Below, one piece after another: positions 53,340 through 64,000 of a stretch of 64,000 nt of DNA. Source of the DNA: Trichoplax adhaerens (lineage: Eukaryota > Animalia > Placozoa). Numbering within the stretch: position 1 is the first letter of the stretch; every line of letters starts with the position of its first letter. Under the pieces are notes generated by a model that was not told the origin of the DNA, made no database searches, and saw only the letters and a program-made list of their open reading frames with translations. A program made the position numbers and the translations under genes. Location of the stretch: NCBI RefSeq assembly GCF_000150275.1, contig NW_002060948.1:5068336-5132335 (forward strand), written 5' to 3'.

Positions 53340-56300
53340 ATGGGACGAAAAAAGTAAGTTTCTTCCTTAGTTCTCGTCTGGATCGTCAGGGAAAAGGATC
53401 GCTTTATCGTTCTCATATTCAATCTGGCTGTAATGAATTGAATCATGCTACTCAACGTACCTTTAAAATTCATAGTGTAGCTGAAGAGTAATTGTAGTTT
53501 AGTATTGTGGAAACGGTCACTGTGTACTGTAGAAGAGGAGTTGTTAGTCAATTTTTTTTTTCCGCCATGTCGTCAACGGCCATGAGCACGACCTTGAATG
53601 GAATAAGCATCTTAGCCTGAGACAAAGTATACGTACATCCTATCGAGGATCAACTGTACAATGTTGTTGTCGTATTACTGCTGTTGATCCGATCCATCTT
53701 TTATTCACTTATTAAAATGTTCTGACCCAATCGTACTCTATCGATATTAACTTGTGCATATCACGTTGTACTGTACGATAGTTGCCCAATGCGCAGTCCT
53801 GTACTGTAGTGTACAGTGTACGGTACGGTTAACCTCAAGGGCATGCAATTCGTTATCGGATCATCGGTCTATGGCATAAATTTCTAGTCATTGACTCTAC
53901 TTATTTTTCGACCTGACTGGCTTTTCGCTTAAACTACTTGAACATTCTTAGTCGATTTTTAAAGAGATCAATTGACAGTACTATTAAACTGTTTGACTTT
54001 TTTAATGCACACGAGTAATCTTGCTTTTAGATTACCGTTTCTATCTCAACAGCTCACATCTCTATCTGTGTGTTTCATTAGGCGGCATGCCAAATTAAAA
54101 CGAAATATCGACGAAGAAGAAGAACACAGTGATGATCAACAATTGACTGATCCCGATGCGGTGAGTTGTCCATACTAAATCACACTTTGATACAATAAAT
54201 TCTCTACTGTTTTACTACGTAATTACCCTTCTGACTATACTGTATTAATACTCAGTATAAGTGCACATTTGTGATAAGTTCCAAATGAATTGTTGCTCGC
54301 TGAACACCAGTATGAATCGAACTTACTCACACTGCATAGTGCGTAGTAATGTTTTCTCCTAGGTATTGCGATTCGACACACCAATTTACTATGTACCATT
54401 ACCTTTCTGAGATAAATGCACGTGTGCTACTTAAAATTTAATAATGTAATGAATGAATCGAATTCTACCTATTGTATGACGAAATTAATTGGCAGTAGTA
54501 CCCACTCTAAAAAAACGCTTTGGATCGATAAACTGATGCAATCTGTCGCTGCTAGTTGATGGCGTTGTTGTAGATTAAGCTTAACAATTAGCATGGCGTA
54601 CTGAAATTCTCAAAGTGAATGATTGGAAGGCTAACTTATGCTCTTGATTTGTAGTCGCATAACGTTTTGACTACTTTTACTTATGATAACCTCCTGCACG
54701 ACATGTACATTTATCGGTACACTACTATGCACAATGATAGTTTTCTGGTTTATAAATCTATTATAAAGGTGAGACGTTTATTGAAATCCTTGGACAGGCC
54801 TGTAGTTAATGTTAGTAATTTGATAGGCCATACGTACGTATGCATGCACCGACTTTATATGATTTTAAAGCACTATACTTGCTGCTTATTTTCCGCACAG
54901 TAGAGAATTACACTTGGGAACCCTATCTGCGTCTTCTAGTAAAATTTCCTGTGAAGTTTATTAAATCTCTAGTTAAACTACACGGATTGGCTTGCCTTCG
55001 AAATGCATGATACTTTAAATCCGCCTACGTTCTATGAATCGATGAGGAGGACCTCAGGAACCATCCCAGCTCATTAGACACCACATTAATAGTAGCAGCA
55101 ACCATAACGAGACTAAATTACCTGCTGTATGCCAGTACTGTAGTACGGAAATCGATCAAAGAGTGATATACTCGTACAGTAAGCACGATATCTGTGGACG
55201 AACTATTGGTAGAATTTTGTGCAAATGTGAGCTCAATTTTCACAGGTGCATCCAATACAATTTTTAAGTGGACAAAACCCTTTTTGTATGCTTTACATTT
55301 TACATACAGTGTGTAAAGTTTAATGGATATCAATTGTAGCAGAACGATGAGTACTTGATTTCTGTAGTATAACTACCAGCGAATAAGAAAGTTAGGTCTA
55401 ACATTGTCCAGAACATTGTACTGTAATTAATACGTTCTGCATCTATGCAATAAGTATACGGTCAAAAATATCCATTGTTCACGCTGAAATTGTAAGATTC
55501 CTTGCTATTACGTTACGGCGTTTACCATGTTACCGTTCTCTTTGCATAACGCTCGGGTTACGAAGTACCATACAGTAGTTGCTATATGACGTATTGTTAT
55601 TTATTGATATACGTATATACAGTATATATATATAGATACCTTATATCTAAATATTATTATTAATGGATACTGCGTTATTCTTACTTATTATTTTCTTATA
55701 AAGCGTAAGTTACTTTATTATAGTGTTGGTCACGTAGTTCTAAAATTGTTTTAGTCAGCAAATTTGTGATAGCTGATGATTTATAAGGACGAAAGATTCT
55801 TAAGAATTGACTGAATGATGATGATATATTATTGATGCAAAAGATGTTGGAGCCGTGATAAATGTTAGCTATCAGTGATTCTAAGTATTAATGACACTTA
55901 TGATGATATCATTTCTGGAATCAGTTTCGTGGTATAGAGACGTGGTAAATGCACTTGCTAAAGCAACATTTATACAACTTTTAGTTAATGAGTCATCTCA
56001 AATGGGGGTAGACTGGTAGCTAACTGCTGTGATGAGTCAACATATTACCCAGTACCGCCTATGCTGAACTACTGGTTACTTGTTATTACATGATTTGATG
56101 TCAGTCAGTTCCGCAAGGTGTATTCCCTCATATTTACTTAAAAGTCTAACTTGTAGTTATACAGTTTGTGATAATGTGCGACTGCAGCATATGTATGTTT
56201 AGTGGAGGACAATTTTAATATCAACTTTTTAAATGGGAACCAAGGCATCTCTCACGATGTAGCCTTGAGATCACAATTTCTGTTACAAGATAAGTAATTC

Positions 56301-59300
56301 TGAGATTGACAGATTATATACGGTATATATATATAATTATATACTATTAAGCTAATTGAATGATATTAGCGATTGTAAAAAAAATCTAAGACAGTATGAT
56401 TTTAATGACACTCGTAAAGTACTATTGCGCCTGTCTCGAAGATTTGTGATTATTTTCCGAGTTCGTAGTTTGGATACTATATGCATCACGGTAAGCATTC
56501 GTGCTGCGGTATACAAAGTAATAAATCTGTACAGTATTATGTGCACATTAAGATAGTGATTGTATCATCTATGTATAAGCTATAACACCAGGAGGATCGA
56601 AGATTTGATTGATGCTATTCATATGTCCTAATTTATTTAAAGTCTGCTTTTCAAAATGTTAAATATTTTGTTATTATTTGATGTAGGAGGACGACAATTA
56701 TTATTATAATGAGGCCGAACAATACTATAATAAAGAAAAGGTAAAGATACCGAGTATATATGAACACATGACTTCAGAAACTTCTCAGAAACCTACTTAT
56801 TAAAGTCATATACAGATACAGCATCATGGACGACTAGATAGTAAATCTAGCAATTCATTGTGATACCTAGTTAGCACTGTACAGTATTGAGTTTGTCCGG
56901 ATAGACTTTATTATAAGAGCTAAAACTATAACATGCTGTATCTCTACAAGTCCTATGTAGGTATTATACGACGTACTAGACATTAAATTAATGGATTCTT
57001 TTAGTTTAATAGTAACTACGTATCAAAAATTTTAGTAGATTATCCTTAGGTTTACAGTTTAATTGCAGAGTGTATGATATGAACGAAAATATTGCTACAT
57101 AAAGTTTTGCCAACGATTCTATTAATTAATTATCTTAGTACAGATTGTGTATCTACTTAAATTTATTTTATATGCATTTTATGTAAAATTATTTCATAAT
57201 CTATTCCTACCAGATCCCTTTAAACGCCGATGATAGCAATGATGAAAACTTTTCTGATCAAGACGAGGTATAGTATTCCTTTCTTCTCTTTGCTTAGATT
57301 ATGTTTTAGATTAAAGTGGTCACATGAATTTCACTACCTAATATTCAATATCCTACGAATCCTCCAGTCTCACTTTTAATACTTTTCGACAAAACTCATT
57401 AATTAATTATTAGGGAATACAGTACCTTAATTAAAGGGTCCCGATAGGGAGTAATATAAACAGTCGGTGAACTGATTTATAAAGCATACTCGTAGAATAA
57501 CATTTTTAATTCAGGTTTAAAGTAGTTAGTGATACTGGTTCATATTACACAGTGTTTGGCGGTTTATTGACCTACTTTTAAGGTCATTGCTGTTGTGCTA
57601 TGCAGAATTTCAGGAAGACAACTTTTATGTTTATTTGGACATCAAGTTACTTAACTGTGATTGAAAGGGGGTCCCGTTTTGATAAATTAATTAAATAATC
57701 TGTCTTAAATTTCTGCCTGCAGGTGTCGTGCAGATGCCCTAAATTACAATAATTAATGCAATCTAAATTTATTATAGTGTGGTATTAAATGAATTAGCCA
57801 TGCTAGCCTGTTATTTTCATACCCAATCAATTTCAATAAATACAGCAAAATGCTTGCTGGTGGAATAATGAATATACAACGAGTACTAGTAGTTTACTAA
57901 GTGCATTCAATGAGCATCGGTATTGTGTTATTTTAAAGAACCACACTGAAAATCTTTACTTTATTACATAATAATTGTATTACTGATCGGTTTAACGGCA
58001 TTAATATTGATTTTATTTGCAGGATTTGGACATGGATGGGTTAGAGTCAGATGAAGTAAGAACAGTAAATTAATGTTATTCAGCTTACAAACCTCCTAAG
58101 ATGTTATTTAGGTATCAATGATGATGCCTGTTATTAAGTAGTATGCATTTTTCGCTGAATAGGATTCTGATGAAAGTGTTTCTGTCGATGGTAAAAGCAA
58201 AGGTAAAGCTTGACCGTTATTTTAAGCCTAATTTCAATATTTTTCTCCTACAGATTGGATAGGGTTTTAGATATAATACTTAATATCTATAGCACTATTA
58301 GAAATTATACTATTACTAATGTGACGACTTTTTACATAGATGAAGATGCAGCTGCAGAAGAGACAGCAAATAATAAGGCCTGGGGCAATAAAAAGAAACC
58401 GTTTTATCATTTTGATGACGAAGATAATCTTGGTAGGAAGTTGATATAGCAGACGTTTCCTTTAATGAATATCCATGTAGTTTGTATCATAATTTGCTCG
58501 CTTTAACATCAAACCTTCTCAAAGTTGTCACAATTTGCAACATTATGGGAGCAAAATCATTAAATTTATTTGGATACATACTGACTATAACTAGATGAAT
58601 CGAATGAAGAAGAATTAGCGGAAGATGAAGAAAGAGAAGCTATGCTATTTCAAGAGCAGCAGAATCAAGGCCTGGCGGAGGAGGATTTTGAACTATCGGA
58701 TCTTTTGAGCATCGCAAGAGAAAAGGTTGCCCAAGCGGCTGAAGAAGAAAAGCGTCAAATAGATTTCCTGGTAGATTATAGCACAAATTGTATTTAAATA
58801 TTATTTTAATTGCCGACTTACTGATGCGTGGCCATCTTATATCACTAGGAGAGAATTCCCAGAGATATCTCAAAGCTATCCCCTAAAGAGCAACTGGAAG
58901 TATGATATACATTCATTTTACATTCATCCTAATTTGATATCGTAGAATGATTGTCTTCTCAACGCTAACCGTCCGCTTAACGCACATTTCAGATTTTAGT
59001 TAAGGATGCTCCGGAAATAATGACCTTAATTGAAGACTATAAAGAAAAGGTACAGTGTTTGAGTCTATACTCGTATACAAGTCAGCACGTACATATGCCA
59101 TATTAATTTTCATATTATTCGCAGATGGAAGAGATTGGTCGCACTTTACATCCTTTAATTCAGTTTGCAAAGTGTAAAGGGCTATTATCGAGTCAGGTAA
59201 ATTGCGTAAATTGCCTTGAAGTGACCTCATTTAAGCTATTTTCTTAAGTTAACAATCTTGATTGCGTAGGGTATCAGTTATCTTGAAACGAAATATCAGC

Positions 59301-60891
59301 TATTACTTAAGTAAGTTAATTACCTCAGTCATTAACGCTTTAAGATATTCTGCTATTGAATGCTTTACCTGATGTTGAAGCTATCTATAACGATGTTCCT
59401 ATACTTACAATTTTAACTTATTTTGCAGCTACTGCGTCAATGTCAGTTTGTATTTAGCTATGGCAGCTCATGAATCGAACTCAGAATTTGATGTCTCTCT
59501 TCATGAGCATCCAATTATATCAACTTTGTTAGAATATAGACATGTATGTAATGATATTTGGCTGCTTTAAATTAATTTTGCTTTATAAAACATTTGATCA
59601 GTTATAGTAATGTGGATACCAATAAAATTTTTAACTGTAAGTATGCATTCTTCATATCCGACAGTTAATTGCTGAGATGCATCCTTTGGATCGAGCTGTT
59701 GCTTCGGAAATGGAATGTTTGCTGGAAGAGTATGAGAAACTTAACGTTAATGATATCGCAGGTAAGAAAAGAATTCACGCAACTGATATCTACTATACAC
59801 CCAGTTTATAGTATTTTTAGTTTTTTTATTGAATAATTTAATAGCAAAGTACCGTTAAAATAAGTGAACTTAAGTATAAATATCTTTTCTATAGATAAAG
59901 GCGTTTTGGAAAAGAAAAGAAAATTAGAAAAACGACAGCAGGTACTTAAATCATGCTGCAAACATAAGTTGTCTACAAAGACATGAAAATGGAACGATAT
60001 TAATCCGAATATGCGTAAAATAAACGATGTAAATTATAAGTTAATATTTGTTGTTTTCTTTCTTAAATGATATCAAAGAAATCGAAAAAATTGATGGTTG
60101 AGAAGAATATAGTTAGAGAACCACCGGTAAATTACGCTACTTCAGAAGTACCAAGTAGATCGCGAAAAAATGTATCCGAGGAAAGTGTTAACCAATATAT
60201 TGAAAGTGTCTTATCTAAGAACAAACTAAGGAAGACTAGGAAAGATTCTATGGGATTGTAAGCAATAGGAATTTTATTAATTTATTACTTATGGTATGTT
60301 AGTAGAGAGATATAATTGTTGTACAAATTTATTATCCAGGAGCGCTGATTCCGATGATGCGACAAATGTCTTAGCCAATGGTTTCTCCGATGATACTATT
60401 GATGGCAAACGGGCGATTAACTATCAAGTAAGATTTTTATTTATAGTTTTTAAAATTTGCTATAGAGAGTATCGTAAAATGTATAGGAATCGGCTGTTTC
60501 TTACGTATGGTATAACTTATTTATGGATATTCGTAGATTTCAAAAAATAAGGGACTAACTCCAAGACGCAAAAAGGAAAACAGAAATGCGCGTGTAAAGT
60601 ATCGTAATAAATTCATTAAGGCGCAAAAGAAAAGAGTTAGCCAGGTATGTCATGCGTTACACTCTAATCTAATTGCACTCGGAATAGGGTTGTATTTACT
60701 GGTATACCAATATAACGATTAAAATGAATATTCAATGCTACCATTATGCTGGTTATTATAAAGACTAATGGTATTATTGCGTTATATAATATCAACAGGG
60801 TGTTCGCACCGTTCGTTCAGCAAATGATAATTATATTGGTGAATACACTGGTATTCGAAGCGACATTATACGAAGTGTGAAGATAAACTAA
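53340..60891 (+). CDS. UTP3: Sas10/Utp3 SSU processome component, about 19 exons (53340-53353, 54082-54160, 56687-56740, 57214-57267, 58023 onward, last 60799-60891)
   Basis: MGRKKRHAKLKR start; AWGNKKKPFY; EEREAMLFQEQQ; ILVKDAPEI; YLETKYQLLLNYCVNVSLYL; HPIISTLLEYR; C-terminal Sas10 domain KRAINYQISKNKGLTPRRKKENRNARVKYRNKF...YIGEYTGIRSDIIRSVKIN*. Confidence 0.93.
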
Positions 60892-62614
60892 TGCTTAGTT
60901 GATAGCTGGACAGAAAATCGATACGATTTTTATCTTTACTGTCTTATTTAAGGCTTAGATGTAATTAACTCGGTGCATGATATTGTACGATGCAAGTTTT
61001 TATTTTTTCACGTATAACTTATTTCAGTTTACTGAAAATCAAGAGTTAGCATGAGTTGTGCTGTCGCGTAGAAAGAAAAACTACCTGATTTCACTCTGTA
61101 CAATATCGTTTGACTGCACTTTGCTGGCGCTGTACGATTTTGCTATTTTGTAAGATCATATTTTATTACCTACTTTTCGTGCAATTAATAGTTAATGTTT
61201 ATAAGACAGCAGATTTCTATACCACGAAACGCAGATTTTTATGTTCTTATAAATAACTGCTAAGGCGAACTAGGATATAAGTAGAGATGTTGATCAAGGG
61301 AAATGTAAACGTTATGACGTTATGCAACGGTATTTGTACTTTGGAGAATATTTATTGCCCAACTGTAAAGTTCTTTACTAAAACTGTAAATATGGTATGG
61401 TACAGAATACCTGAGTGAAGATTGACCTCGATAATAAAGTGTATCGATTCTCAACATACTATATTAGCTAAAACGTACAAATTGATTTTGTAAGTGTGTA
61501 TACCTTCACTCCTATGCTTGCGTATGTGCCTGTCACGACTTCAATTATCTAGTTGCTACATTGAATGTATGTTTTACTCAGTGACCCAGTACATTACTGG
61601 ATGATTATTTCTTTGACTCTTACCCAAAGAGTGATGCAATTTACAGTATAATGAATTAATCATTTCTCAGCGGTGGATTATAAATCTTTGGTATGACGTG
61701 CTGCGTGTAATGTACAGCTTAGAAAGAGAAGTGTCAGCACGATCTGAGTCACAAGGATTTTAAAACTTTCTAGTTCAGTTTAATTTTGCTTTATTGCTAT
61801 AGCCGCAATATTATATCCTTTTAAGTTGTCTTATTTCATAAGGCAACTTTCTAAATAAAAGAGACAATACAGTGTAATTTTCTTGCTTAATTGCTTATTC
61901 CTAAAGAACGATCAGTTCACCATTCATTGTTATTATTCGATACATTTTCAAGGTACTCACAGTATAATAAACTATAAAATATGATCGTGCAAACCTCATT
62001 TAAGTTAAGTTGCCTTTAAAACTTTTAATTTTAAAACACTGAATTTTCTTTGCTAAAACATTGTTTTACTATATGACTAATATGCGTAGAGGTAAACCCT
62101 GCTTGTGTAGTTACTACCAGAACAAATTCAATTTCGATATCTGTCTGAATACCATGTAAGATATTGAATATATTTTCTTTACTTTCACCATGTTTAGGAT
62201 GATACACGATTTATTATTGTTGTCCCTTGAAAATCTTTAACATAATGAGTAATGAGATGTACAGTGAATAGTAAGTTACAATATTATAAATTATATAATT
62301 ATAGGTAAGCAATAAAATTTTCGAGATTGTTTGGCTTTATAATAAGCCTTGTTACAGTAACAATAGTCATCAAAATATACTGTACATTGACAGTACAATG
62401 GTAGTTCCAATTGAGAATAATTTCTCAAAGCTAATCAATTAGTTTACAGTAGTAAATTGAAGCTATAACTACACCGCATGGACGATGATAGATTCAACGT
62501 GAGATTTTGTGATACAACCAATCATAAAAGACCTTATGATTACGAATAGATCGGAAATTACATCAACCAAATCTATCCTCGATGTGTATACTATTTGAGA
62601 TTATTCTTTATGTG

Positions 62615-63522
62615 CTATCTAGGACCAGTTTCAGCATCCGAACCCAGAATCCGAGCCCTAAACAAGCAGATTTCAAATTCAGCAATGCACGTAACATAAA
62701 AGATAAGTTAGATGTATCACTGCACAGTAATAAAGCTCTTTTATGATCTAAATAAATAACAAATCAAGAAAGTTTTCACTACGTATTACCTAGCGGCAGC
62801 ATATTCGGCCTCTCTTTCAGCCAAGGTCTTTTGTTGTGGCTGAACAGGATTAACTGTAGAATGTATCGGACGTTGGCCTCCTTGTTCAGCACCTCGTTTT
62901 AGAATGCGAATCTAAGAAAAATAAGTCGTAATTAGAATATTACAAGGTAGTGCTTATGCCAACGGTTCAGTATAACCATCTGTCCAACCATATTTTATGG
63001 TGCAATAAAGGACATATTACATTGTATATTATTATATATAACAGAGAAGAACACTACCTCACATAAAGTAACTCATACCAGTTAATGAAATCAGAAAATC
63101 TGTAAGCTAATATTCAGCACCTAACCTGAGGTTGAAAGGCTGTCGATCTAGAATCTTCTTCAACAATAACAGTATCTGATGGCACATTTGGAATAGTTTT
63201 TGTTCTGATAAATTAATTAATTAAAGATGAAATCAAGACTGCGATAGCCATTATAGCGGTCATTATTCACTTTGCGATATCAACATCGAAGAATACGAGT
63301 AATATTGTCGTATCCTATTCTAGCATTACTCTCTACAGTATTGACTAATAAATATGAATATAACCATGTGATACAGGTTACCCGCTACTGCTGATTTACG
63401 ATGAATTAATGTATTGATATTCTACAACTACGAAGTGAACTGCAGCTTTTATGATATCCAACTTACTTTGTGTCCTTTTCTCGTTGCTTACGTTCAATCT
63501 GGTCTAATTTCTTCTCAAAATT
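62615..63522 (-). CDS. SZRD1: SUZ RNA-binding domain protein 1, 5'-partial. Exons 63522-63467, 63204-63126, 62911-62790, 62657-62615
   Basis: NFEKKLDQIERKQREKDTK..VIVEEDSRSTAFQPQIRILKR..KTLAEREAEYAAARARILGS matches the SZRD1 SUZ motif; phases are consistent. Confidence 0.88.
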
Positions 63523-64000
63523 CTTGCCGAAATAAAAAAATTGAGGGATTACAGATTATTCAAATGAGAAACGCATTTGCAAACACGTATAGTAGTGCTA
63601 CAGTAATCAAGGTAAGAACAACATGCTATTTCGATCATTTTTGATAACAGATTTAGTGCAGCATGAAATTAATCGATAATATTGTAATAGACGTCGCTAC
63701 AGAAAATGTGACGCGGACATTTTTGGTACTAATTACATTTATCACGGCCATCCTGCTGCACTGTACTGTAATCAGTCAATTTACAAGAGTATGATCATTC
63801 CTCTACTCGATGATATCCAATGCCTTTAGGACACAGGGTTATGTAGATGATACACAGTCATCATTATGGCGCAATTGAATGAAATGCTTGCCCATGTGCT
63901 GAAACTACCAGATCAGATATACTTGTATTTTAGAGGACATGTCGTGACACTATTTCGGATGAGTTTTGATCACGTATGGTATAATCGATTCAACGCGTAT

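Noticed and set aside
53567-53620. ATG in good Kozak context (ccgccATG) as UTP3 start
   Set aside because: The frame closes at TGA after 17 codons; MGRKK at 53340 with a GTAAGT donor splices in frame

Overview
Eukaryotic, AT-rich, compact-intron animal genomic DNA. Gene structure and composition suggest an early-branching metazoan such as a placozoan (inference only). Manual exon stitching supports these genes: CPLANE2/RSG1 (5'-partial, +), CDC42 (-), NOC2L (+), an intronless Sel1-repeat gene (-), two tandem MS4A/CD20-like four-TM paralogs (+), a class I SAM methyltransferase (-), CTDNEP1/Dullard (+), PPP1R7/Sds22 (-), UTP3/Sas10 (+) and SZRD1 (5'-partial, -). Six genes form three head-to-head pairs. 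Each shared upstream spacer is enriched in TACAG/CTGTA/TACGG pentamers. Two of the three spacers also carry near-identical 190-250 bp tandem duplications, hairpins and transposon-like termini. Other highlights are a likely minor-spliceosome AT-AA intron in CPLANE2, a GC-AG intron in CDC42, several 125-215 bp diverged tandem arrays, and co-location of four genes whose human orthologs all lie on 1p36. No tRNA, rRNA or CRISPR was recognised. All gene models are from reading by eye, with no database search.
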